DNA of 64,000 nucleotides from Squalus acanthias (lineage: Eukaryota), in the NCBI GenBank assembly GCA_030390025.1, contig CM059432.1, forward strand, positions 135,038,001 through 135,102,000, in the 5' to 3' direction. A model generated the notes under the pieces. It was not told the DNA's origin and did not search any database. It saw nothing but the letters and a program-made list of their open reading frames with translations. The translations under genes were made by a program, and so were the position numbers. Below, piece by piece: positions 26,639 to 39,190 of the stretch; position 1 is the stretch's first letter, and every line of letters starts with the position of its first letter.

Positions 26639-27104
26639 TTCAAGTCAGGCTCTGTCAAAAATCTAGTTACGAAAAGGCTTGTTCTTTTGGATGTTACGTA
26701 GAGTTAGCCTATAGGAGAGCAGCGCTGATCCGAAGTGATTAGCACCAAACAAGAGTTTGAACCAAATAAATTATAGACAGTGATTCATCACTCAGAACTT
26801 GATGTATGGGATACTGATGATTCCAAAGCAAACAGGGGACTGCTGTGAGAAGTCAATCAAGTTTTAAATTGGGTGGGTAGCTTGTCATTTAAATGCAGAA
26901 TCACAGCTTAAGATCACCCAGCAGGACTGAAGTTGGGATGGAAAGTTGCCATTTAGTATCACAGTGCTGGAGGAGTAGAGCAGAGCAACAACCAACAGCA
27001 AGAAGGACAACAGGAATGTGCTTCACTCTTCCGGCCCTGTGATACTGAAATTACAACTTTCTTTCTTCACTCTGATCTCCCACGGCTGATTTCAGCATGA
27101 AAAA

Positions 27105-27738
27105 AAAGAGTTGCATTTATATAGCGCCTTTCATGACCTCAGGAGGGCCCAAAGCGCCATGGAAGCACTTTTTGAAGTGCAGTCACTATTCTAATGTAGG
27201 AAATGCACCAGCTAATTTGCGCACAGCAAGCTCCCACAAACAGCACTGTGATAATGACCAGATAATGTGTTTTTTTAAGAAAAAAAATGACTTGCATTTA
27301 TATAGCATCCTTCACGACCTCAGGACATCCCAAAGCGCTTTACAGCCAATGAAGAATTTTTGAAGTGTAGTCACTGTTGTAATGTAGGCAATGCGGCAGC
27401 TAATTTGCGCACAGCAAGCTCCCACAAACAGCAATGTGATAATGACCAGATCATCTGTTTTAGTGATGTTGATTGAGGGATAAATATTGGCACCAGGATA
27501 ACTCCCCTCCTCTTCTTCGAAATAGTGCCATGGGATCTTTTACGTCCACCTGAGGGGGCAGATAGGGCCTTGGTTTAACGTCTCACCCGAAAGACCGCAC
27601 CTCCGACAGTGCAGCACTCCCTCAGCACTGCACTGAAGTGTCAACCTAGAGTTTTGTGCTCAAGTCTCTCGAGTGGAACTTGAACCCACAACCTTCTGAC
27701 TCAGAGGCGAGAGTGCTACCCACTGAGCCACGGCTGAC
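27105..27738 (-). mobile_element. SacSINE1-like SINE (27283-27738) with a tandem extra 3' segment (27105-27275)
   Basis: Two consecutive tail segments followed by a complete head with A and B boxes. Confidence 0.88.
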
Positions 27739-28819
27739 AGTTGAATTTTAAACTTGTGGAGAAATTTCTTGCTGTCCCATCATTCACTGGACCCAGTCAC
27801 ACTTGAAATGTCATTTGTCCATAGCTGAGCACTGGCCTGTGGATAAGTGTTAATTTGGAATTTCTAAAGACACTTTTCAGATAAAGGCTAAAGCCCAGAT
27901 TTTAAACCTCCGCACCTGACGAGAATGAGGTACATGGGTGCTAAAATTAAGGACGGAGTACTTAACTCTCTATTTGTGCTGCACTTCCGCCGGTCGCTAT
28001 TTGAACTCCCGGGTTTCGGGAGGAATGTGAGGCCCTCGCCTCAAGCAGGTGAAGACCTCAAATATTTAAAAGCCTGGGTAGGATGATGTTATTCGGACCC
28101 CAAAGTGATTTTAACATGCAGAAAAAGCTGGTGGTAAGCAGGATAACGGCAGAAGAGGCACAGGAAGGTAAGTTTTTTTCCTTTTTTACAACAAAGGGTT
28201 TAGTGTCGGAGGTTAATCATTCCATGTACTTTTTAAGAAAGCAACTTTTTTTTTAAGTGATTTAAAGGATGTTGTACATAAAAAAAAGGTCATGTGCATG
28301 CGTGAACACAGACAAGGGATAGGAAGAGGTGCCACTATTTTATACGTCAGGGTTTTGTAATTAGAAGTTGTCTGGAAAAAGAGGTAATGCCAAAAAAAGG
28401 TAAGTTCGTCCACAAAAGGGAGGCGACTTATTATTTGCTAATTTTTTGTAGAAAAGAACTGAAATTTGTATGAAGTAAATTTACACCTGTTACCCTGTGT
28501 GTCCAACTCAGAACTTGTAATACCCATGGCTTGTGGGTTGGAGGAGGATATGGAGTTAATCAGGCGCTAAGGTTGGAAAGTGGTGTTGGTCTCTTAATGA
28601 CATCAAGCTACCCTCGATTTGAATGCACTGATGAGGCTCCTGATTGTTTCAGACGGGAGCTTCCGGCCCCAAACAATTAGCCCTCCCGGAGAAATCAGGC
28701 GAGCTCTGCAAGCAGCATTAACAGGGCAGAAGGCACTGACGCTTGATTATCCGCAAATGTGGCAGCAAGATGACCAAAATTGGCCCCACTATCACTTTTC
28801 ATATTGCTACCAACTCCTG

Positions 28820-29640
28820 CCTTCCACCCTGTCACAGACCTTCCCTTTTGTTCTTTCCTCCCCTCCCCGCTTTCCCTGCCCCTGTACTTGCTTAAAACCT
28901 GTTACATCTCTAACCTTTGCCAGTTCCGATGAAAGGTCCACGACCTGAAACATTGGCCTGGATATTAACAGGGGCTGGTTACGTAGGCCGAGGGAGCGGG
29001 CTTTCGGATGGGAAACCCCACAGGCTGAGGAATTTTAACTCCACAGCATGCATCTTTTGGCCCTGACAGGTTCCCCGCCTGGAAGTCAGCCTGATTGACA
29101 GACTTGGCTTCCACTCGAGCAAGGAGCAGGCCGCAGGACCAGGTAGGTCCGATCCCTGACCCCGGGGGGATCCTATCCTGGGGGCAGGGGGGAGGTGGTG
29201 GGGGTCCGATTCTCCACCCCAGGGGCCTTTCTATCAGCGGGGGGAAGCTTGGGGGGCCGGGGGAAGCACTCCTGCTCCTCCTGGCCCACAAGCAGTGTTG
29301 TGAACTTACCTTCTCCCTGAAGCTGTCCTTGCCTCACTTCAGCTGCCGGGTTTCCCGAGGCCTGGGAAACTCGGCCGTCCACTGTAAAACCTGCAAAACA
29401 GGTTAAATCAAAGGCTGCCAGCCTCATTAGAATATTTAAATTGGCTGCCCGCCCCTTGTCCCGCCTCTGTTAAACCTGAAGCGGGTGGGTTGAAGGCGGG
29501 TTGGGGTTCAGATTTTAAATTTTTTAAATGACCCGAAACCCAACCCACCCATTTTTGTGTGCTAAAATTCAGCCCATTAGCTCGGTTTCTCTTTCCACTG
29601 TCTGACCTGCTGAGAATTTCCAGCATTTTGTCTTTTTATA
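28820..29640 (+). mobile_element. Diverged PLE family B copy interrupted by a MITE (28955-29575, att TSD)
   Basis: agttccgatgaaaggtccacgacctgaaacatt, then the MITE, then attagctcggtttctct..ctgctgagaatttccagcatttt. Confidence 0.7.
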
Positions 29641-30703
29641 TTGGAATTGGTATGATGCTTTGTAAATTTCAAATCCCCATTTGCATGGCCTACCAATTCT
29701 CGCTAGGTTTCTTGAAGCGAAGTTCAATGCCTGCGAGGCATCGCAGGTGTAACATGGTTTCTGGGAGTGCTACGCAACGCCAACTCTGGCATGTCAAGAA
29801 CTCAAGGCATCACCGGCTGCCAAGATCTCATTCCCTTTCCCCCATGTCAAAGGGGCCAGAATGGCGATATATTTGTATTCAGCTAAGAGCTTGTAAAATC
29901 TTATTCATGGTATAGATATACTGCACCTGTAACTGGTCTCAATTAGACGCAAATAGAGAACCAAATATTTTGGTGCAAAGATCAGAAAAAATGCACAACA
30001 TTATTCTCATCAACTACATGTAACAAGGGTAATACAGTGATCATGGGGTCTTTACATATAGACTGGGCAAACCAAATTTGCAGTAATAGTGTGGAGGACA
30101 AATTCATGGAACGTATACAAAATAGTTTTGTAGATCAGTATGTTGAGGAACCAACTAGGGAACAGGCTATTTTAGATCTAGTGCAATGAGAAAAGGTTAA
30201 TTAATAACCTTGTAGTAAAGGGGCCTTTAGGGAAGAGTGACCATAATATGATAGAATTTTATATTCAGTTTGAAAGTGATTTAGTTAAATCCGTAACTAG
30301 GGTCTTAAAACTAAACAAAGCAAACTACGTAGGTATGAGGGGAGAGTTGGCTAAGGTAGATTGGGAAACTATATTAAAAGGTATGATGGTAGAGAAGCAA
30401 TGGCTAGCATTTAAAGAATTAATACATCATTTATAACAAATATACATTCCTTTAAGGCACAAACACCCCACAGGAAAAGTGGTCCAACCGTGGCTAACAA
30501 GAGAAGTTAAAGATAGTATTAGATCAAAGGAAGAGGCTTATAATGTTGCCAATAAGAGCAGTAAGCCTGAGGATTGGGAGGATTTTAGAATTCAGCAAAG
30601 GAGGACCAAGAAATTGATAAAGAAAGGGAAAATAGAATGAGAGTAAACTAGCGAGAGACATAAAAACAGATTGTAAAAGCTTCTATAGGTATGTAAAAAG
30701 GAA

Positions 30704-32230
30704 GTGGTACTCGGTAAAATAATGGGACTCAAGGCGGATAAATCACCTGGACCTGATGGCTTACATCCTAGAGTCTTGAAGGAAGTGGCGGTAGGGATTG
30801 TAGATGCATTGGTAATAATTTTTCAAAACTCCCTGGATTCCGCTAAGGTCCCGGCAGACTGGAAAACTGCTAATGTAACACCCTTATTTAAACATGGCAG
30901 TAGACAGAAGGCTGGTAACTATAGACCGGTTAGCCTAACATCTGTGGTAGGTAAAATTTTGGAGTCCATTATTAAGGAAACAGTAACAGGACATTTGGAT
31001 AATCATAATTTAATAGGACAAAGTCAGCATGGTTTTACGAAGGGGAAGTCATGTTTGACAAATTTGCTGGAGTTCTTTGAGGAAGTAACATATAGAGTGG
31101 ATAAAGGGGAACCAGTGGACGTAGTGTATTTAGACTTCCAAAAGGCATTTGACAAGGTGCCACACAAAAGATTATTGCTTAAGGTAAAAAATCACGGGAT
31201 TGGGGGTAATATTCTGGCATGGATAGAGGATTGGCTATCTAACAGAAAGCAAAGAGTTGGGATAAATGGTTCATTCTCAGACTGGCAATCAGTAACTAGT
31301 GGTGTTCCACAGGGGTCAGTGCTGGGTCCCCAACTCTTCACAATCTATATTAACGATTTGGAGGAAGGGACCAAGTGTAACATATCAAAATTTGCAGATG
31401 ATACAAAGATGGGAGGGAAAGTAGTGAGTGAGGAGGACATAAAAAACCTGCAAGGGGACATAGACAGGCTAAGTAAGTGGGCAGAGATTTGGCAGATGGA
31501 ATACAACACTGGAAAGTGTGAGGTGATGCACTTTGGCAGGAAAAATCCTAGAGCAATTTATTATCTTAATGGCAAGAAACTGGAGAGTACTGAAGTGCAA
31601 AGGGATCTGGGGGTCCTGGTGCACGAAACTCAAAAGGTTAGTATGCAGGTGCAGCAAGTGATTAAGAAGGCAAATGGAATGTTGGCTTTCATTGCTAGGG
31701 GGATAGAATATAAAAATAGGGAGGTATTGCTTCAGTTGTACAAGGTATTGGTGAGACCGCACCTGGAATACTGCATACAGTTTTGGTGTCCTTACTTAAG
31801 GAAAGACATCCTTGCTCTTGAGGCAGTGCAAAAAAGGTTCACTCGGTTAATCCCGGGGATGAGGGGGTGGTCATATGAGGAGAGGTTGGGTAGATTGGGA
31901 CTCTACTCATTGGAGTTTAGAAGAATGAGAGGCGATCTTATTGAAACATATAAGATTGTGAAGGGGTTGGATCGGGTGGATGCGGGGAGGATGTTCCCGA
32001 TGACGGGTGAGACTAGAACTAGGGGACATAGTCTTCGAATAAGGGGCTGCTCTTTCAAAACTGAGATGAGGAGGAACTACTTCACTCAGAGGGTGGTAGG
32101 TCCATGGAATATGCTGCCACAAAAAGCTGTAGAAGCTACATCATTAAATAAATTTAAAACAGAAATAGACAATTTCCTAGAAGTAAAGGGCATTAAGGGT
32201 TACGGGGAGCGGGCAGGAATTTGGACATGA
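30704..32230 (+). CDS. CR1 LINE ORF2 reverse transcriptase, 5'-truncated but uninterrupted (element ends at about 32458)
   Basis: 508 codons with PGPDG, YRPVSLTS, QHGF, LDFQKAFD, GVPQGSVLGP and FADD motifs. No endonuclease domain and no genuine start codon. Confidence 0.95.
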   Translation: MVLGKIMGLKADKSPGPDGLHPRVLKEVAVGIVDALVIIFQNSLDSAKVPADWKTANVTPLFKHGSRQKAGNYRPVSLTSVVGKILESIIKETVTGHLDNHNLIGQSQHGFTKGKSCLTNLLEFFEEVTYRVDKGEPVDVVYLDFQKAFDKVPHKRLLLKVKNHGIGGNILAWIEDWLSNRKQRVGINGSFSDWQSVTSGVPQGSVLGPQLFTIYINDLEEGTKCNISKFADDTKMGGKVVSEEDIKNLQGDIDRLSKWAEIWQMEYNTGKCEVMHFGRKNPRAIYYLNGKKLESTEVQRDLGVLVHETQKVSMQVQQVIKKANGMLAFIARGIEYKNREVLLQLYKVLVRPHLEYCIQFWCPYLRKDILALEAVQKRFTRLIPGMRGWSYEERLGRLGLYSLEFRRMRGDLIETYKIVKGLDRVDAGRMFPMTGETRTRGHSLRIRGCSFKTEMRRNYFTQRVVGPWNMLPQKAVEATSLNKFKTEIDNFLEVKGIKGYGERAGIWT

Positions 32231-32557
32231 GTCTAGGTTCGGATCGGTCATGGCCCTGTGGGTAGTGGAGCGGGCCCAGGGACCGTGTAGCCTGATTCTG
32301 CTCCTATTTTGTGTGTGCAATTCTGTTAGATGCAGGAGATGGTTCTGTGATAGATAGTAGATTGGCGGTTAGGATCAGATCAGCCATGATCTTATTGAAT
32401 GGCGGAGCAGGCTCGAGGGGCCGATTGGCCTACTCCTGCTCCTATTTCTTATGTTCTTAAAAGATTAGTGAAAGTAAATGTGAGTCCCTTACAGGCTGAG
32501 ACAGGAGAAATTATAATGGGGAATAAGGTAATGGCAGAGAAATTAAACAAATACTTT

Positions 32558-33920
32558 GGCTGCGAATTTAATCGCGCTGAGGGGGCAGGTTTGGAGGTGG
32601 GTCCGCTGTCAAAATCACAAAGATTGACAGCGGGTAGGAAACGAAGAACAGACCCGACACCAAGCGGCGGGGGATACAATTCAGCTACTTAAATGGCTTG
32701 TTAAGAGCCAATTTAAGACTATTTTGAGGCTTAATTCTAATTTTACCTTCTCCCTCACTGGTTACCCACTGTTCGGGGAACACGCCAGCTCAACCTGCCG
32801 TGTTTTGTGTCTGCTCTGATGTTTGTGAAAAGCTGACAGCTGCAGAAGTGGTATAAAGGATGCCATGTTGCAGATGGTGAGATTCAGAGCACAGAAAATG
32901 ATGGTTACTCCATTTTTAATACATATAGAGATTTCTTTAGCTTACAAGTTTTTAGATCCAACTGTATGTCCAGTGCCACCTCATTGGAAGAACCTCTCTC
33001 ACCATTGACAGATCGCTTCTGTCATCTCACCTGCAGCTGCCATCTATTGCAGCAACATCGGAGCCAATGAAACAATCAGACCTTGGTCCTCCGAATTCTT
33101 CCACGATCAGCCCCAACACCAACATCACTAACCTCATCACCAACCTTCTCCGCCATCATCTGATGCTGCACTGGACACATGGCATCAGCCCCTGACAACA
33201 TTGCTGCCCGGGAGGGGCGGGTGAGGGTGAGTTAAGACTGAACAAATCACTGAAATTCAGTAGGACACTTCTCAAGGTGCGCTCAGATCTGTCCAATAAG
33301 GTGAAGTGTTGAAAATATAGATTTCACTGTATGACAACACATTACCAGAAACTTCACATGGATATTGGCTAAACCTCTCAAGTGCCTACCCTTGTGTGTT
33401 GTTAGTTGGTATGCTTGCAGTAGGATGAGGATGAGTGTGAGGGGTGGCATGAGATGGGGAAGTGATAAAGTAGATAGAGAGGAATGAGTGGAGGTTCAAG
33501 GTAAGTTGGTGTCCTGGGGAGGTCTCTTCCGCCCTTGGAAGGAAAGAGAACCTCCCTGCGTGCTGTGACTCCCTCCATAAGCATATGGAGGGAGTCATTG
33601 GAGTGCCTGGGTGCAAGCGTTCACCTTTGTGCAGTGATTGTCAGTGTTTGCAGCACCTCAATGCTATCAAACACTGACAGAACAACTGTCAAACTCCAAG
33701 TGGACATGGTCCCTTTAAGGAAACCGGCTGATGACGCGTCATCAAATTACATCAGCTGACTCGCTTATGTTAATTGGCCGGTAAGCCCGCAGGGGGCGGG
33801 CTTAACAAGGCCAATCAAGGTAAAATCACGTCTGCAGAGCGGATGCAGCTGGGAATGGGACCGGAACCTGGAAACCAGCTGTCCCTCCCCCATCCCGCCT
33901 CTTTAATTAAATTTGCAGCC
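32558..33920. mobile_element. Internally deleted PIF/Harbinger element
   Basis: TIRs ggctgcgaattt / aaatttgcagcc and a 3-bp TSD ttt. Carries a transposase 5' remnant (+) and a Myb RREVLFP remnant (-), both homologous to 54802-59048. Confidence 0.85.
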
Positions 33921-35571
33921 TTTGTGTCTGTCTTCACAGAAGAAGATGCAAAAAACTTCCCGGAACTAGCGGACAACCAAGGGTCTAGCAAGAATGAGGA
34001 ACTGAAAGAAATTAGTATTAGTAAAAAAATAGTACTGGAGAAATTAATGGGACTGAAAGCCGATCAATCCCCTGGACCTGATAGCCTACATCCTAGGGTT
34101 TTGAAAGAGTTGGCTACAGAGATAGTGGATGCATTGGTTGTCATTTTCCAAAATTCCATAGATTCTAGAATGGTTCCTGCGAATTGGAAGGTAGCAAATG
34201 TAACTCAGGAGCAGCCCCACGTCCTCCCTCCAGGAATCCCTGGAGATCCCAGGGCAACCTTTGTGCCTGGGGAAATGGGCATTCCCTGGGAGCAAGAGTC
34301 AGATAATTCTGGAAATGTCGGAACCGGAGGCAGATAATTCTGCCCTAATATCTCTGCTCAACTTAAGGCAGGTGGCATTAGCTTGAATCAGTTACCTCAT
34401 GGAGGTTCCCTCAGCCTTAGTCATGTTCGAGGCCCAGTGCCCCATCCCACGAGAGTCCTGATTAAGCACAGAATGGCTCCTCCTCTGCAATATACATTTC
34501 TTTGTTTTGACCTTTTATTCTCTTAAGTCTGCTCCTGTTCACAGCAACTTTAAGAGTGAGGGAGCAGCTCTGACCCCTAACTCCTGACTCCTGACCATCC
34601 GTATGGCCATTCAGCCAGTCTAGCGTGGTGCAGGCAGCTATAGCGGTCACAGGCCAACCGAGTGTGCCTTACATCTCTACTCCAAAGTGGCTGTATGCAA
34701 AGTTGCAAACAAAGTAAATAGTCAATTAACACATTTTTCCTCAAGTTCCACTTTGCAATGCTGCGGTGTGAACCAGGAGTTCAGACTGCAAGCTGTGCCG
34801 GAGAGTCACTCGGGCGCTCAAGGCTTCTCAGCACCAGATTGACAAGTCTGCAGATCTCTCATTGGAGATACGTTGCACCCTAAAAGTACCCGTGGTGGGA
34901 GCAGTTGCTTTGTGGCCTCACCTCCATCTGTGCTTATGTAATGGGCTAAACGATAATATTTTCTGTTCTACAATCCAGTCTGAAGTTTCACCGCTTCGGA
35001 GACCAGGTTAAATAAAAACAGATCCACGTTAAAGATTACTTGCATCTCAAGAGGAAAATGCTGCAAACCACCTTTTTTTTTTGAAATCCCAATTAATTGG
35101 CAGCTCAACATTTTCTTCTGACACTCGCTGGCTAATTAGACTTCCAATTAGTCATCACTCATAGTGTACAACCAAAATGTTAACAACTCAGCAGGTTTTA
35201 TCCCAGCATGTAAAGTTCCTTTCAGTTGTTTCAAACGCAAAAGGCTTGAAGCCGGGCAGAGTGCCAGATTAATAAAAGTTTCCATGATGAAAGCCTTTTG
35301 TTTTCCTGAGGGGAAGGAAACTTTAACTGGCTAGACTGGTGGGGAGACTGATCTCCGTACTCAGTGGCATACCTGCACAGTACCTATTATATCTCTCACA
35401 TCTGGACTACTGAGCAAAGCTTACTATACCAAAAATAAAGTCCGGATTTTTGAAGTCAAAACTGTGGCGTCAGCAGAAACATTACAGTAAGTTTTCAAAC
35501 ACAATCGTTTGCTGCACTTCAATTACTTAAAAACTGTTTCAAATATAGGAAATGGAATTGATCTCATATAA

Positions 35572-36037
35572 CGATAGCAAAATACTGCGGATGCTGGAAA
35601 TCCGAAATAACAACAGAAAACGCTGGAAAAACTCAGCAGGCCAGGCAGCATCCGTGGAGAGAGAGAAAGAGAGTTAACGTTTCAGGTCGATGACCTTTCG
35701 TCAGAACTGTGAAGAGCCGGAAATCAAATAGATTTAAGGCCAGAGTAAAGCTGGGAAAAGGGGGAGGGGATAAAAGAACAAAGGGGGAGATGAAGAGACA
35801 TTAAGAGACATTAAGAGATATGCAAGGCTAGAGGTGGTGTTAATGTGACAGATTAAGGCTGAAAGAAGTGTGAAATCCACTGGCAGAATGAAGGACAGCT
35901 GCCAGCTTCTCGCTATTTGATTTCCGGCTCTTCACAGTTCTGATGAAAGGTCATCGACCTGAAACGTTAACTCTCTTTCTCTCTCCACGGATGCTGCCTG
36001 GCCTGCTGAGTTTTTCCAGCGTTTTCTGTTGTTATTT
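35572..36037. mobile_element. PLE-type family B fold-back insertion with two hammerhead motifs
   Basis: Inverted arms of ~125 bp, ~180-nt loop, 14-bp TSD ttgatctcatataa. Confidence 0.9.
35936..35972 (+). ncRNA. Minimal type I hammerhead ribozyme motif (mirror copy on minus strand at about 35673-35709)
   Basis: agtt-CTGATGA-a-aggtc(atc)gacct-GAAA-cg-tt-aact, with palindromic AACGUU stem III. Confidence 0.82.
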
Positions 36038-36055
36038 TTGATCTCATATAAATTG

Positions 36056-36400
36056 AGGCTGCACTGTCGGAGGTGCCGACATTCGCATGAGACGTTAAAC
36101 CGAGGCCCCGTCTACTCTCTCAGGTGGACGTAAAAGGTCCGACAGCACTCCTTTGAAAAAGAGCAGGGCGTTCTCTCCGGTGTCCCTGGCCAATATTTAT
36201 CCCTCAATCAACATCACTAAAACAGATGATCTGGTCATTATCACATTGCTGTGTGTGGGAGCTTGCTGAGCGCAAATTGGCTGCTGCGTTTCCCACATTA
36301 TGACAGTGACTACACTTCAAAAAGCACTTCATTGGCTGTAAAGCGCTTTGGGACGTACAGTGGTCGTGAAAGGCGCTATAGAAATGCAAATCTTTTTTTT
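36056..36400 (+). mobile_element. SacSINE1-like SINE, 5'-truncated
   Basis: Deu-like core and tail. Confidence 0.85.
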
Positions 36401-36568
36401 TCTTTTTCAATAGGGATATAAATTATTTTGGTCTAAAGATGTCCAGTGCAGCAAACATATCTGGCTATTTACACTGATATTCTAAATTAATTTAACTGTT
36501 TGAAATACTTAACAAAATGTCCCACAAATATTCTTCACTTTTCTTTTTAGCTAATGCAGGAAGATTCA

Positions 36569-37413
36569 GGGCTGGATTTTGTGAATGGAGGCGAGTTGGA
36601 GGCGGGACTGCTGCTTGTCGTGTCAATGTCCCGCCTCCATCCTCGCCTGACCAACCAGAGGGATTTGCCCCTGATTGAGCTTGTTAAGCCCGCCCTGTGG
36701 GCTCAGCAGGCCAATTAAGGAGGAAGTCACTGACAGAGCACGTCAACGTCAGACGTGCTATCTATCAAGACTTCTTGAAAGAAGAAATGTCAGTGTTTGA
36801 CAGCTCTGTGAAGCTGTCAAACACTGACATTCTCTTTAGCTTGATGATTCCTTGTGTTCAGGACTCATCAAACCTTTCAAATTTGTAAATTTCACATGGC
36901 TGTTGGATCGGAGGTTCCAACAGCCAGTCTGTGAAATTGACAAGGAGGATGTCGGCTCTCCCGATCCACCGCGGCTGAAGGCTGTAGGAAGAAAACAAGG
37001 TGAGTGAACACTTTTTAAAACTTATCACTCACCTTGCATACTTACCACTCCACACTTGCACCCATCACTCACCTCTACACTTACTTCCAGGTGCCTCCGA
37101 CCACCGCAGACCTCCTCCACGTCTCCTCCAACCCGACGGGGTTCTCCAAGGTCGGGAAGCCTTCACCTGTGAAGGTAAAATGGCACTAATCCTTTTTTCT
37201 GCCTGTTAACTACCTGTTAACAAGCAGTTAAAAGAATTAAATGCCTTTCCCGCCTCCAGGAGACGGGACCCGAAGCTGCACATCTTCCCGCCTCCTGGCA
37301 AAAGGGCACGGAGGCGGGATGGGGGCAGGTTTGCCATCCGCCCCCACTTTCTCCGAATTTACCGGCTGTCTCTCCTCTGTGCCCGCCTCCTCGGGGCTTG
37401 GAAAATCCAGCCC
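36569..37413. mobile_element. Harbinger-type MITE
   Basis: Perfect 12-bp TIRs gggctggatttt / aaaatccagccc. Confidence 0.8.
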
Positions 37414-38719
37414 AAAGTTTGTATTTCAAGTTGTCAATACATAGACTGCAAAATACCAGGATGCTGGTGTTAATGTAGAATTCAAGTTTGAGGGAACGTT
37501 AAGCGCAATAGTTCAAGCTGTAGAATTGACTACCTCCCAGCTGAAAGGCCATAGGTTTGCTTGATTTGGTTGGGAGAGTTTCAATTCCTGACCAAGTTAG
37601 TGGATACAGTGCTGTACAAAGAAAAGGCATTCTATTTTGGGGAGAGAGTTGGGTAACTGATACACACTACCACACTCACTTTAAATAGATCACTGGTCTG
37701 GTTCATGGTAGGACAGCATTGATTGTGTTTGTAAACTTCAATGACTGTCTCAAGCACTTTGCTTTTGACATTTTTGGATTATTGCATTATGAGGAACACG
37801 CAAGCTAAAACTCTGCAAACTGCTAAATGTGTTCAGCAAAGAACCACATTAAAGCTTGATTATAGACTACTGGGATTAGATAAACCTACTATATAATATA
37901 CATCTATATAGTATACATCATAATATACAATATATATCTATCCATATTAAAAAAACTTGCATATAATCTGCACACCCTGCAAGTGTAAATCACGTCCTGT
38001 AACACTTTCCATATTATCATGCTTTTACTGTCACACTTTCTCCATCATACCTCTCTGACATGCTTAAAAACTTCACGAATTATTAGTCGATCTGCTGTAT
38101 TCTATATGGGAAGTCAAGATCTGTGTAATCTTCAGATGAAGCGTGTTTAGAGGGACAGGGATAATCGCACCAGGGTGCCCGGACATAATTCAGCCCCATA
38201 TTAAAGTCATACATTCAATCATGATTTTTATATTTGCATTATAAATTACTTTGTCCGCATTTATAATGGCAACTGCCTATGTAAATTTGTCATGCTGTAA
38301 ATACTCGCCCTCCAACCCCGCCCAGTGGTGGCACTTCAACGCCTTCTCTGGTTGGAGTATGTAATTACAGCGTGATAAGTTTAGATGGGCAGTTTCCATT
38401 ATAAATGTGGACATAGGTATTTATAATGGAAAAATTAACAGGAAGTGCACAGACTTCACATTTTTAATAAAGCGTAAATAGATTATACTCAACTCCCACT
38501 GATTTCTCTCAGCTCCACCTCCACGGTAAGTACTGCTGTTATCTGTAGCGTCACTTGCTTAAGATAGTAAAAGTGAAGTAGACACTTTAAACAATTTAAG
38601 CAAGTTCTTCGGTTGTGGTTGGGGGCAGGACTGTAGGCATTTAAATGAGGCCGGCATTGAAAATTGTTTGGGCAGCTCCGATGACTTTGCTCCATTCTGG
38701 GCGGATGTCGAAGATAGGT

Positions 38720-39190
38720 TCCCTCTCCCTCACCTCTGCATGTCCTCAATCCTCCCAGACCCCTCTTCCCAATCATCCAAGATCCTCACACCCTCCAACT
38801 ACTGCTCTGTACAGCAACCCTCTATTCCCACATCCCCTTCAACTAATGGTCCCAGACTGTACCACTCACTCCCAGTCTTCCCATACCCATGCACTCCCTT
38901 CCTCAAATGCTCCCAGATCCCAGTCTCCCTCCATTGACCCCAAACCCCACCATCTACCCCCCACTCTTCCCAGACTCCTGATATATCACTCCCAGAACCC
39001 GCTAACCCCCTTCAACATTTCCCACCCCCGAAGATACCCTCACACTATACACCACTGCCAGATCTCAGCATTTTCCTCCCACCATATTACTCCTGGTGCT
39101 CCCAAACACCGACAATCGCCTGCCCCTATTCCCAGACACAAGGCTTCCCCTCCCCACTACTCCCATGCCTCAACACTCTGCATCCCCTTC
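38720..39190. repeat. C-rich, G-poor low-complexity tract
   Basis: Recurrent cccaga and cctca motifs with strong strand skew. Confidence 0.6.

Larger units (their letters stand above)
30030..34205 (+). mobile_element. Older CR1 LINE in three pieces (30030-30703, 32459-32557, 33921-34205)
   Basis: The ORF2 linker is continuous across both insertions (YVK-RLVKVNVSPL; KLNKYF-VSVFTEED..PGPDSLHP). Confidence 0.88.

Noticed and set aside
28629..28675. Additional hammerhead at ctgatgaggctcc..gggagc
   Set aside because: No GAAA follows the putative stem II.
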